Source of the DNA: Candidatus Atabeyarchaeum deiterrae
Lineage (GTDB): Archaea; Asgardarchaeota; Atabeyarchaeia; Atabeyarchaeales; Atabeyarchaeaceae
DNA: 64,000 nucleotides
Direction of reading: 5' to 3'
NCBI GenBank assembly: GCA_037310415.1
Contig: CP147780.1
Coordinates: 2,240,001-2,304,000 of the forward strand
Each line of letters begins with the position of its first letter. Positions within the stretch are counted from its first letter, which is position 1. A program made the position numbers and the translations under genes. Below, one piece after another: positions 9,477 through 19,504 of this stretch. The notes under the pieces are model-generated. The model made no database searches. It had not been told where the DNA came from and saw only the letters and a list, made by a program, of their open reading frames with translations.

Positions 9477-10181
9477 TTGTTCCCGCCTAATGTAGAGTGT
9501 GATCCAAAGTTCACGGATAGAGCCGAAATCTTCAAAGATCGCATGCATGCAGGTAGAATGCTGGCAGAAAGACTGGCCGACTTCAGTAAGAAGCAGCAAT
9601 CCATTGTTGTTGCGATACCTTCAGGTGGGGTTCCAGTTGGTTATGCTATTGCAATGCAACTTCAGATTCCACTGGATGTGATGTTGGTCAGAAAGATACC
9701 TGTCCCCTGGGAAACTGAAGCGGGTTTTGGATCCGTAACCTTTGACGGTTCGACATTTCTCAACGACTCGCTTGTCAAAAACTTGGGGCTATCCAATGTC
9801 CAAATAAGCGAAAGCATTGACAAAGCCAAGAAGGGACTCCAAGAAAGGACACAGAAATTCGCTGCGATAAAGAAAGAGGGATTGTTGACAAGCATCCGAG
9901 GTCGCGCTGTTATACTCGTTGATGACGGGTTAGCTTCTGGATACACAATGATCGCTTCTGTTGACTCAATTAAGAAGCGAGAGGCAAGGAAGGTCGTGGT
10001 TGCTGTTCCTACGGGTTCCATAGATGCAATCAATTTGGTCTCGCCTAAGGTCGACAAGCTGCTCTGTCTAAACGTAAGAAGCGGTTATCGTTATGCGGTA
10101 GCTGATGCGTACAAAGAATGGTACGACGTGCCAGAAGAGGAAGCTCTCAAACTTCTCAGGGCACTTCAGGCAAAAGAATAG
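9477..10181 (+). CDS. Phosphoribosyltransferase family protein
   Basis: FKDRMHAG, AIPSGGVPV, PRPP-binding VILVDDGLASG. Confidence 0.9.
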   Translation: MFPPNVECDPKFTDRAEIFKDRMHAGRMLAERLADFSKKQQSIVVAIPSGGVPVGYAIAMQLQIPLDVMLVRKIPVPWETEAGFGSVTFDGSTFLNDSLVKNLGLSNVQISESIDKAKKGLQERTQKFAAIKKEGLLTSIRGRAVILVDDGLASGYTMIASVDSIKKREARKVVVAVPTGSIDAINLVSPKVDKLLCLNVRSGYRYAVADAYKEWYDVPEEEALKLLRALQAKE

Positions 10182-10324
10182 ATAATTCCTGATAATCGAA
10201 GACATGTTGGCATCCAAGTCCAGCAGGATCAAACGAATTAAGTTTAATTACGAAAATAGTACATACTGAAGGTACCAGACGTTCACATCAGTGTCGCTTA
10301 ACATGCGTCTAGAGGGGCTCGTGT

Positions 10325-12037
10325 ATGAGGAATCCCGAAGTTGCAAAAATCTTCTATGAGATTGCTCTTCTTCTGGAAATGGATAACGTTCAATTCAAGC
10401 CGAGAGCTTACGAGAAGGCGGCAAGGGCAATAGAGGCGCTGGAGGAAAGCGTGGAAGAGCTCTACGCTAAAGGCGGACAGAAGTCCCTCATGGATATTCC
10501 TGGTGTTGGGAAAAGCATTGCTGAGAAAATTGAGGAGCTCATTAAGACCGGTAAAATGCAATACTACGAAGACTTGTTGAAGAAGGTTCCCGTCGACCTA
10601 GAAAGTTTGTCAGGTGTAGAGGGTCTGGGCCCTAAGACGATCAAGACTCTTTACCAGCAACTTGGCATTAAGAACATTGACGACCTTGAGAGAGCCGCCC
10701 ACGAACACAAGATATCCAAGCTTCCTGGCTTCAAGGAGAAAACAGAGCAAAACATCCTGAAAGGAATAGAGTTCGCAAAGAAAAGCAAGGGCAGATATAT
10801 ACTCGGCTTTGTCCTGCCACAAGTTCGCGACATAGAGAACCGACTGAAATCTGTGCAAGGAGTCACCAAGGTTGTTGCCTCTGGCTCTGTCAGAAGATGG
10901 AAAGAAACGATAGGCGACGCTGATTTTCTGGTCATATCGAAGGATCACCCGAAAGTAATGGATTTCTTTGTTTCGATGCCTGAGGTAGTGGATGTCGTCA
11001 GCAAAGGAGACACGAAATCCACGGTTAGACTGAGGAATGGAATGCAAGCTGACATCAGAGTGTTGTCCGAAGAGAATTTCGGCGCAGCACTTCAGTACTT
11101 CACGGGTGGAAAAGATCACAACGTTGCTCTGAGGAGAATCGCCCAGGAGAAAGGAATGAAGCTAAGCGAGTACGGGTTGTTCAAGGGAGAACAGCAAATC
11201 GGCGGAAGGACTGAAGAGGATGTCTATGAGATACTCGGATTAAAGTGGATGCCACCCGAACTCAGAGAAAACACCGGTGAAATAGAAGCGGCCCTGAACA
11301 ACAAGCTGCCAAAACTGGTAGGCTACGAGGAAGTCATAGGCGATTTGCAGACACACACAACTTGGACTGACGGCGCCAACACAATCCAAGAGATGGCTGT
11401 GGAAGCGGATAGACTCGGCTTGGAATACATAGTGATATCGGACCATTCGAAAGGATTAGCCATGACTGGCGGACTCGACGAGAAGAAGTTGGTGCAGCAA
11501 GGTCAAGAAATAGACAAGGTTAACGACAAAGTCAAGGGGATCAGAGTTCTGAAAGGTGTCGAGCTGAACATCCAGAAAGATGGAACCTTGGACATCTCTG
11601 ACGAAGTCCTTGAAGGTTTGGATGTTGTCGGTGCAGCAGTGCATTCTAATCTCAACATGGAAAAGGATGAGATGACTAAGAGAGTTCTGAAGGCGATGGA
11701 AAACCCAAATGTTGATATTATATGCCACCCTACTGAGCGGCAGATTCAGAAGAGGGAGGCTGTCCAGCTCGATATCGAGCGCGTTATTGAGGTGGCGAAA
11801 GACACAGGAACTATTCTCGATATAGACTCTTACCCGGACAGACTTGATCTGAAAGATGAGTACATTAGGAAGGCAGTGAAAGTGGGAACAAAGCTTGGCA
11901 TAAGTTCAGACTCACATAGCAAGATCCACTTGCACTATCTTGAGCTGGGTATTGCTCAAGCTAGGAGAGGGTGGGCAACAGCAAAAGACATCGTCAACTC
12001 CAGAGAAGTAGACGGATTCTTGAGGTTGTTAAAGTAA
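10325..12037 (+). CDS. polX: DNA polymerase X / PHP 3'-5' exonuclease
   Basis: HhH motifs (IPGVGKSIA, VEGLGPK), GSVRR..ETIGDAD, LQYFTG.KDHN, PPELRE; PHP domain QTHT..TDG, SDHS, SDSH. Confidence 0.95.
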   Translation: MRNPEVAKIFYEIALLLEMDNVQFKPRAYEKAARAIEALEESVEELYAKGGQKSLMDIPGVGKSIAEKIEELIKTGKMQYYEDLLKKVPVDLESLSGVEGLGPKTIKTLYQQLGIKNIDDLERAAHEHKISKLPGFKEKTEQNILKGIEFAKKSKGRYILGFVLPQVRDIENRLKSVQGVTKVVASGSVRRWKETIGDADFLVISKDHPKVMDFFVSMPEVVDVVSKGDTKSTVRLRNGMQADIRVLSEENFGAALQYFTGGKDHNVALRRIAQEKGMKLSEYGLFKGEQQIGGRTEEDVYEILGLKWMPPELRENTGEIEAALNNKLPKLVGYEEVIGDLQTHTTWTDGANTIQEMAVEADRLGLEYIVISDHSKGLAMTGGLDEKKLVQQGQEIDKVNDKVKGIRVLKGVELNIQKDGTLDISDEVLEGLDVVGAAVHSNLNMEKDEMTKRVLKAMENPNVDIICHPTERQIQKREAVQLDIERVIEVAKDTGTILDIDSYPDRLDLKDEYIRKAVKVGTKLGISSDSHSKIHLHYLELGIAQARRGWATAKDIVNSREVDGFLRLLK

Positions 12038-12133
12038 TCTCTAATTTGGGTTCTTCCTGATTGTAACTGAGAAATATAGATTATTGCGAACCATTCAACT
12101 TGACACTGACGATAGACGACTGCAACATCGCTG

Positions 12134-12330
12134 TCAGTCTATTTTCGGCGGTTCTCCCTTCGATTTGTCTTTCTCCTTTTTTGCCAATTTGACTTCCAGG
12201 AGGCCATTTTTGTAGGACGACATTGCCTTCTGTGGGTCGACCTTCGCAGGTGACTCAAGCTCTTTGTACTTGCGTTGAGCTGCGTCGACGGAGATGGTCA
12301 GCGAATCTTCTGTGGCTGTGAGCTTCAGAA
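12134..12330 (-). pseudogene. Hsp20/alpha-crystallin domain C-terminal remnant
   Basis: LKLTATEDSLTISVD..QRKYKELE.PAKVDP..A.SSYKNGLLEVKL.K...GEPPKID; N-terminal half and credible start missing. Confidence 0.7.
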
Positions 12331-12460
12331 ATCCTGCATAGGACCGGTTTGTTAACACTTCTTAACGCCAACGACATCAAGAGACTAGTGGAGGGAAGGA
12401 GTGAGTCTGCCAAGTGCGAAGTGTTTATAATGTAAGTTCCTCAATTCAGAAGTTGAGGGG

Positions 12461-13906
12461 ATGGATCAAATGAAGGAATATGATTTAATAGTTATAGGTT
12501 CAGGTTCAGCAATGGCGATCGCCGATGCTGCAGCGCAGCAAGATCCAACCACGAAGATCGCGGTCATAGACAAGGACGACCCTGGCGGCATTTGTTTAAC
12601 AAGGGGCTGCATACCATCAAAGCTCTTACTGTACCCTGCTGAGCTAGTGAGAATAATAGAAAGAGCTGGTGAACTCGGCGTCCAAGCTGAGATAAGGAAA
12701 GTAGATTTTCAGAAAGTCATGGAGCGAATGAGAACTCATATTGGGAGTGAAATCGAAGGCATACGTGGCGCTTTAGCAGATTCAAGGAACGCTGACTACT
12801 ATCCAGTTGCAGGCGAATTCACATCGCCATACACATTGAAGGTTGGCAACGAAACCATAACAGCAAAGATGATAATACTCTGCACTGGATCGAAGCCCGT
12901 AATACCCCCCATCAAAGGGCTCGACAAAGTGGGCTATCAAAACAGCGACACTCTACTTAAGATGAGTAAGTTACCTGAGAGTATTGCAGTCATCGGCGGA
13001 GGGTTTATTGCAGCCGAGTACGGTCACTTTTTCTCAGCGATGGGCTCAAAAGTCACAGTAATTGGAAGAAGCCCGAAATTCCTTCCTGAAGAGGAACCTG
13101 AAGTAGGTGCATTGGCGAAAAGAGAATTCCAGAAGCATATGAAGATCTTCACCAACCATGAAGTGAGCGAAGTGGACAAGGGAGCTGGGGGAAAGAAGAA
13201 ACTGATTGCTATCGACCGAGATACTGGGAAGAAGATTGAGATACTGGCTGAGGAGATACTCGTTGCGGCAGGGAGAGGTTCAAACTCAGATATTCTTCAC
13301 CCCGAGAAAGCAGGAATAAAGACAGACAAGAATGGGTGGATAGAAGTCAACGAGTATCTTGAAACTTCCCAGCCAAACATATGGGCGCTGGGCGATGCAG
13401 ATGGCAGATATCCATTCAAGCATAAGGCGAACTACGAGGCCTCGATTGTATTTTACAACGCCGTGCTAAAGAACAAAGTTAAAGTTGACTATCATGCGAT
13501 TCCCCACGCCGTTTTTACTTACCCTGAGATTGCCAGCGTCGGACTGAGAGAGGAAGAAGCCATTGAGAAATACGGCAAAGATAAGGTCCTGATTGGACTA
13601 CACAGGTACGAGGACACCGCCAAGGGTGAAGCCATGGGAGTCAAAGACTACTTTGTGAAGGTCATCGTTGAAGCAGAAACAATGAAGATCTTGGGCGCGC
13701 ACATCATCGGACCCAGCGCCTCGATTCTCATCCAAGAATTAATAACCTTGATGTACACCCCGCAGCAAGACTCGAGTCCCATAGTTCAGGGAATGCACAT
13801 CCATCCTGCTCTAACTGAGGTTGTAGAAAGGGCATTCAGACCTCTTATGTCACCAGATGAATATCATCATATGATGGAAGAGCACTACAAACTCCCTACC
13901 AAGTAG
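12461..13906 (+). CDS. Dihydrolipoamide dehydrogenase / mycothione-reductase-like flavoprotein disulfide reductase
   Basis: VIGSGS FAD motif, GGICLTRGCIPSK redox disulfide, IGGGFIAAE, HIHPALTE. Confidence 0.9.
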   Translation: MDQMKEYDLIVIGSGSAMAIADAAAQQDPTTKIAVIDKDDPGGICLTRGCIPSKLLLYPAELVRIIERAGELGVQAEIRKVDFQKVMERMRTHIGSEIEGIRGALADSRNADYYPVAGEFTSPYTLKVGNETITAKMIILCTGSKPVIPPIKGLDKVGYQNSDTLLKMSKLPESIAVIGGGFIAAEYGHFFSAMGSKVTVIGRSPKFLPEEEPEVGALAKREFQKHMKIFTNHEVSEVDKGAGGKKKLIAIDRDTGKKIEILAEEILVAAGRGSNSDILHPEKAGIKTDKNGWIEVNEYLETSQPNIWALGDADGRYPFKHKANYEASIVFYNAVLKNKVKVDYHAIPHAVFTYPEIASVGLREEEAIEKYGKDKVLIGLHRYEDTAKGEAMGVKDYFVKVIVEAETMKILGAHIIGPSASILIQELITLMYTPQQDSSPIVQGMHIHPALTEVVERAFRPLMSPDEYHHMMEEHYKLPTK

Positions 13907-14074
13907 AATTAAAGAACTACCAGCAAAGTCAAGTATCACGGCTGGCGTGGGATCGCCAGAACCCAACCCTTCTTCAACATCAAGAGACCCGTCGCTGCGG
14001 GATTCATTGTTGACTAATCTCGAGTCATATTTATATGGAAAAATCGCAAGAAGTTGGAAACGGAGGAATACTAG

Positions 14075-14335
14075 TTGGTACAGTCAGCAGACAAAACTAA
14101 GACGGACAAGATGAGATCCATGTGCATCTGTGGCGGATGCCCAAGCTACAAAGGAACCGGCGAGACTGCCCTGCTTTTCTGCTTGGTCGACAAGAGCACG
14201 AAAATAAAGAAAGAAAAAGGTTGCATTTGCGGTGGATGCCCAGTAACTAAGGAGATGAATCTCACTCACACCTATTACTGCACTAGAGGAACAGAAAAGG
14301 AACAGATGAGCAAACCGGTAGGCAAGAAGATGTAA
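14075..14335 (+). CDS. DUF2769-like Cys-rich small metal-binding protein
   Basis: CICGGCPSY...LFC...GCICGGCPV...YYC. Confidence 0.8.
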   Translation: MVQSADKTKTDKMRSMCICGGCPSYKGTGETALLFCLVDKSTKIKKEKGCICGGCPVTKEMNLTHTYYCTRGTEKEQMSKPVGKKM

Positions 14336-14433
14336 CGGCTTGGTAGGACACGTACTGCCAACCTGCCAAAATTGAACTCAGCAGATGTTCCACCCACACA
14401 CCCTTTTTTATTAGGTACATGTTTGAGAGGACC

Positions 14434-14682
14434 TCATTCTTTTTGCCATGGATAGTTTGAGAACTCAATTGCTACCATTGTCTTTCGCCCCGCGAAGTCT
14501 TCCAGTTTACAATCCCGCGAGAACACGACGAAACCGTCGAATGAGAAAAAGAACGTGTCGCCAACTCTGTATATTATCTTTGGTTGCGCTATTCTCACAA
14601 GCTCTAAGAAGTCTGTCCGTTCAAACTTGACGCGATAGGCGCTTCCTGCATTGACCTCCGTTTCTGCCATCCTCATCGTCAC
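14434..14682 (-). CDS. Small conserved-looking archaeal hypothetical protein
   Basis: 82-aa ORF with SD-like GAGGTG, protein-like composition. Confidence 0.55.
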   Translation of the reverse strand: MTMRMAETEVNAGSAYRVKFERTDFLELVRIAQPKIIYRVGDTFFFSFDGFVVFSRDCKLEDFAGRKTMVAIEFSNYPWQKE

Positions 14683-15030
14683 CTCTTGTCTTCTCTAAAT
14701 CGATAAATCTATTAGAACCATTCTTAAGCTTTGGCATTCTCGGCTTCACTTTCAAATGTCGCCTAATGTCACGAAGGTCACGTAAGGCGAGGCAGCAGAA
14801 CGCGGTAAGATGGTGCTGAGCAGACCTAACTGATCCTTTCCAGCATCATAAACTGAGTCGGCACAGATTGTTGATGATAACTTATCTTCACCTTAAGGAA
14901 ATAGGAACTGAGAAGCACCAATAGTCTGCACGCAACTCCAGACAAGACAACATACGAGGGTACCATTCTAGTCTTAACAACAAAAAAGGAGGAAATTATA
15001 GACCAGCGCAATAACGCTGGATCTATTCCT

Positions 15031-16626
15031 CTATATAGTTGCAACCGGTTTCCTGCGCTTCACCAATAATACTGCTACCGCTGCAACTCCTACTCCAACT
15101 CCTGCGCCAAGCACTATCAACAGCAACGTGGGTGATCCTTCAGACGGTGAGAAGGACGTCACTGCGAAGTATGGGTCGTGTACTATGCTGTAGCCTGACC
15201 ACTTGGAGAAACATGCTTCATAGAAGTACATGAGTCTGCCAAATGTAAACCCAGTGACCGAGTAGTTGCCCACTGTTGCGAACTGTTCAAGGAAGAAGAA
15301 CCATGGGATCACGTTGGAGTTTGCGGTGTAGTTGTTGTTATCCCAGCCCCATGTGTAGTTGTTTCCGCCGATCTGGATTTTACCAGTCGTCGTTCCATCC
15401 GCTGCAATTCCAAGATCCTTTGTCGACGTTGAATTTGACTCTGTGTTCATGCCTGATCCATTGTCTGCTGTCATGTTCATAGTATAGTGGCGGTGCATTC
15501 CCACATAGTCAACGAACGAGAAGTAAGCTATTGCCAATGACAGACCGTTCACAGCAGGTGTGCCTGCTGCCCCGAACTGGCCGATGTGTTCGTCAACCTT
15601 CACTCCCGCTTCGTTTCCTATTCGCGTGAAGTGGAATGCAAATGTGACATCAGTGATGTTTGTATTGACGTTGGGTATTGTGGACCTGACGCCTACCAGT
15701 GTACCGTTCATGGTTGTCCCCATGTCCCAGTTTACAGAGTTAGTGACCGGATCGTACGTGGGTAGAGTTCGATGTTCATTACTGAACGAAGAAGCCTTAA
15801 AGACGTATTTGGCCTCGGAAGACAAGACAGCCGGGCTTCCCATTGCGGTCCCGAGCTTGATGTCCATCACTCCATTTGTTGGGTTGGTGTCATTGTATGC
15901 AACGAATCCTAGTAACCTGTGCCTCAATTGCATCACAGCAGCGTCAAAGCCTGCGTCAATTCTCGCGAGCTTTGGAAGGAAGTCTTCGTCAATCATGTAT
16001 GTGAAGTAGGCGTATTTCGTAAGCGGTGCGGAATTTGTGGCATTCGTCATCAAAGACAGTCCCCATTCAAGATAGCGCCTAAGATCGCCTATTGGCAAAA
16101 GCGATATGGCTGAGGAAATCGCAGCATTCAAGCCTGTGAGTTCAGTTCCGTCAAGCCAGTGCCCACTTGGTCCGAGTCTGAGCCAGAAATGGTTCAGGGC
16201 TTGTTGCCATTTGAAGGTACCGTTGATCAGTAGCCCCGTGGTCACAACCCTGACCTCGTCCCCACTTATTCTACCAGACGCCAAGGATTCATCAGGGTCC
16301 GAAAGTAATGTGACGCGATAGTATGAGACCTTGGAGGTCGTGTTCGCATCGTAGGTCGAGGTTGACAGGATTCCGTAGGTCAAACCACCGAAAGCGAAGA
16401 GTTCATATGACGATGATGCGCCGCTCGTTCGGTTTAGAAGTGATACTCCCGGAGGAATGTAGTCGACTCTGTACCAAAGACCAGTGGCAAGCTTTGTCAT
16501 GCCACCTAATGAGGGCGCGTTTTGGTCGACTAATGTTGTAGCTGATGCTGGTGGCAACATCGACACGCCTACCAAGACTACGCTGATGAGTGCCAGCGCG
16601 AGCAGTGTGTTTCTTTTTCTAGCCAA
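15031..16626 (-). CDS. Cell-surface glycoprotein with C-terminal membrane anchor
   Basis: Basic N-terminus plus signal peptide, many N-x-S/T sequons, C-terminal TM followed by KRRK. Confidence 0.8.
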   Translation of the reverse strand: MARKRNTLLALALISVVLVGVSMLPPASATTLVDQNAPSLGGMTKLATGLWYRVDYIPPGVSLLNRTSGASSSYELFAFGGLTYGILSTSTYDANTTSKVSYYRVTLLSDPDESLASGRISGDEVRVVTTGLLINGTFKWQQALNHFWLRLGPSGHWLDGTELTGLNAAISSAISLLPIGDLRRYLEWGLSLMTNATNSAPLTKYAYFTYMIDEDFLPKLARIDAGFDAAVMQLRHRLLGFVAYNDTNPTNGVMDIKLGTAMGSPAVLSSEAKYVFKASSFSNEHRTLPTYDPVTNSVNWDMGTTMNGTLVGVRSTIPNVNTNITDVTFAFHFTRIGNEAGVKVDEHIGQFGAAGTPAVNGLSLAIAYFSFVDYVGMHRHYTMNMTADNGSGMNTESNSTSTKDLGIAADGTTTGKIQIGGNNYTWGWDNNNYTANSNVIPWFFFLEQFATVGNYSVTGFTFGRLMYFYEACFSKWSGYSIVHDPYFAVTSFSPSEGSPTLLLIVLGAGVGVGVAAVAVLLVKRRKPVATI

Positions 16627-16992
16627 AGTGTTTTTTCTCCTAATTTGCTGTATTCTTGTTGCATTATCAATAGTAAGGTGGAAATAGATGTATGTTAAGG
16701 TGGAAACGGTTATGATGGATGCCTCCCGTTGCGAATCTTTTTTCGAGGCGGTTAAGAGACTGCTCGTCCGCTCGGCATCGCATTCGATATTCTGGGGATA
16801 GTTGGTGATGTTTCACCAAGACTCACATCGCCGAATTCAGATACATTGAGTTTAACCGGACACTGCTTGAGGATTGTAGATTCCTGGGGTGCATGCCGCG
16901 ACGAATTTTTGAACCGTTCATGACAAGATTTAAGGCGACATCAAATACCATGATCATTATCATGTCAGGACAAAAGGATAGTGTAACTCCCA

Positions 16993-18195
16993 ATGAGCTT
17001 GAAACCATCGAAAGTGTATTTTGGGTCCGTACAGTTTGGGAAGCCAGCGGATTTTGCATCATTCGGTGCGAAAGTCGACAAGATCATCGAACTTCTGGAT
17101 TTCTCGACGATCAAGAAGAATGATAAGGTGGCAATCAAGATGCACCTTGGCTTCAACCAAGGTTATCAGACAGTGCCAGTTTACTTTGTTCGCCAAATCG
17201 TGAAAGCAGTCAAGAAGACTGGTGGATGGCCATTCATCACTGACAATCCTACGGCAGTGTATAATGCTATGGAGCGCGGATACACCCAGGAGACCTGCGG
17301 GTGTCCTTTGATTCCAGTTTCAGGTGTGAAAGATGGCTACGTCTACAAGGCCGACGTGAAGTTCAGGAATGTTGAGAGTCTCGATATGGCTGGCGTTCTA
17401 CACGACGCCGATGCTCTGATCGACCTTACCCACGCAAAGGGTCATGGAGAATGCGGTTATGGCGGTGCATTCAAGAACCTTGCAATCGGTGGTTACTCTG
17501 CGATGTCGAGATGGCATAAGCTTCATGGTGTGACCGAGTCCAAGCCCTACTGGAACGAGAAAACCTGCACGCCAGACCATGCAAAGGAACTAGCCGAATC
17601 ATGCAGCTATGGAGCGCTGAAATATGATGAGAAGCAGCACAAACTATCATTGACTGTTCATGATTGTGTTCAGTGCATGGAGTGTATAGAAGCCGACAAG
17701 CAAGTTGGTTGCCTAGAGATAAAAGAAGAGAACGTCAAGGCCTTCCAAGAGCTAATGGCAATTGCAGCAAAACAGGTAATAGACAGATACGATAGGAACA
17801 AGATATTCTTCCTTAACTTCATACTTCAGGTGACGCCTTATTGCGACTGCATGGGCATGCCTCAGCCTTGTGTTGTTCCTGACATAGGCCTCGTGGGAAG
17901 TAGAGACATCGTTGCTGCTGATACAGCGACCCTGGATCTCATTGCCAAAGCTGGTCTAATCGAGAAAAACATACCTCCGTTCTTCAGGCATGCCAATTTG
18001 GATCCGAGTGTTAAGCTGCATCCTTTCCAGAGAATCCACGGGCCAATGAAGAATCCATATCTCATCACTGAATATGCCGAGAAACTTGGAATGGGCTCCA
18101 GGAAATATGAGCTTGTCGAAGTTCTTCCGCCAGAAGAGACGATTAGGATGAAACCGCCAGAGAGAGAGTACGAGCGCCAGCCGTCTTTCTTCTAG
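16993..18195 (+). CDS. DUF362 family Fe-S protein with ferredoxin-like insert
   Basis: VAIKMHLG, THAKGH...YGGAFKNLAIG, CVQCMEC, TPYCDC, PDIG..GSRDIVA.D. Confidence 0.85.
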   Translation: MSLKPSKVYFGSVQFGKPADFASFGAKVDKIIELLDFSTIKKNDKVAIKMHLGFNQGYQTVPVYFVRQIVKAVKKTGGWPFITDNPTAVYNAMERGYTQETCGCPLIPVSGVKDGYVYKADVKFRNVESLDMAGVLHDADALIDLTHAKGHGECGYGGAFKNLAIGGYSAMSRWHKLHGVTESKPYWNEKTCTPDHAKELAESCSYGALKYDEKQHKLSLTVHDCVQCMECIEADKQVGCLEIKEENVKAFQELMAIAAKQVIDRYDRNKIFFLNFILQVTPYCDCMGMPQPCVVPDIGLVGSRDIVAADTATLDLIAKAGLIEKNIPPFFRHANLDPSVKLHPFQRIHGPMKNPYLITEYAEKLGMGSRKYELVEVLPPEETIRMKPPEREYERQPSFF

Positions 18196-18326
18196 CTTGA
18201 TCGAACCCGCGCGCGTCTCGAGGCAACAGATTTTGCCGATCGAGACCAACTTGCACACACCCGAAGCAAAGCTTAAGAACTAATTACGTACTTCTTAATC
18301 GTTAGCTTCTTTGGGGAGAAAGAACC

Positions 18327-19319
18327 ATGCGGACAATGCACGTGAAGATCTTAGTTGTAATCATAGGAATAGCTCTAGCTTCATTCGCAACACTGCAGGT
18401 ATCGAACGCTCCAGCAGGAGCTGCCGCTAGTCCTGGGCAGGCAATAGTCGCTGATCACACAATCGTGAACATGGTTCGGCTCGACCAGGTTCCTGAATCT
18501 GCGATAATTAATGCCAAGAATGCACTTCATGTTGCTTATGGGCACACCTCTCATGGATCTCAGATAATAACTGGGATGGATGATTTACCCTCGTTCAAAG
18601 AAAGCAGAGGCGGAACACCTGGACTCTACAGTTGGAATACTGGAGGTACAGGGGGTGCCCTTGACATTGATGACTACTTCGCACCCGGTGATCTGGGGAA
18701 TCCGGACAGAACGACATGGGCCCAAGAGACGAGAGACTACCTAAATGATCCAGCCCACTCCAGCTGCAACGTGGTAATGTGGTCGTGGTGTGGGGAAGTG
18801 TCGGACGCTACCCAAGATGACATAAACACCTATCTTGCTCTCATGAGTTCACTTGAACACGACTACCCGACTGTGATATTCATCTATATGACTGGACACA
18901 CTGATGGCACCGGTCTGGCAGGCAATCTACATATCCGCAACAACCAGATACGCGACTACTGCGCTGCAAATGGCAAAATCCTCTTTGATTTCGAAGACAT
19001 AGAGTCGTATAACCCAGATGGAACCTACTTTGGAGGCCAAAATGTAGCCGACAGCTGCGACTACACCGGAGGAAACTGGGCTATCGAATGGCAGAACGCT
19101 CACCCTGGCGAATGGTACAATTGCGACTCAGCTCATAGCCAGCCCCTGAACGCTAATCTGAAAGCTTATGCAGCATGGTGGATGTGGGCCAGACTCGCGG
19201 GATGGCAGGCTAACAATGGTGACTATTTGACGGTCCTCGCCGTCATAGCTGGCGCGACAGTGACAGCAATCGCTGTGGCAGCCGCGGCAATCCATGTGAG
19301 AAGAAAAAGGCAGCCATGA
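18327..19319 (+). CDS. Secreted, membrane-anchored hypothetical hydrolase-like protein
   Basis: Signal peptide; AYGHTSHGSQI, MWSWCG, YMTGH, FDFEDIES, AHSQPLN; C-terminal TM plus RRKR. Confidence 0.7.
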   Translation: MRTMHVKILVVIIGIALASFATLQVSNAPAGAAASPGQAIVADHTIVNMVRLDQVPESAIINAKNALHVAYGHTSHGSQIITGMDDLPSFKESRGGTPGLYSWNTGGTGGALDIDDYFAPGDLGNPDRTTWAQETRDYLNDPAHSSCNVVMWSWCGEVSDATQDDINTYLALMSSLEHDYPTVIFIYMTGHTDGTGLAGNLHIRNNQIRDYCAANGKILFDFEDIESYNPDGTYFGGQNVADSCDYTGGNWAIEWQNAHPGEWYNCDSAHSQPLNANLKAYAAWWMWARLAGWQANNGDYLTVLAVIAGATVTAIAVAAAAIHVRRKRQP

Positions 19320-19504
19320 TGTCGCATCCTAATCGGTCGCCTACTTTTTTGGATATCACTCGGCGGCATTCCCTGTGGCGTATCTTTGACTCTGTTCACC
19401 TTGTTGTCACAATCGGCATTGAGGCGCGCAGACATTAGATAAATAAATAGTTGAGAGAGAACGAAGAGACGAAGTCAACTCTTCTTCATTCCTCTCTTAA
19501 TGGT

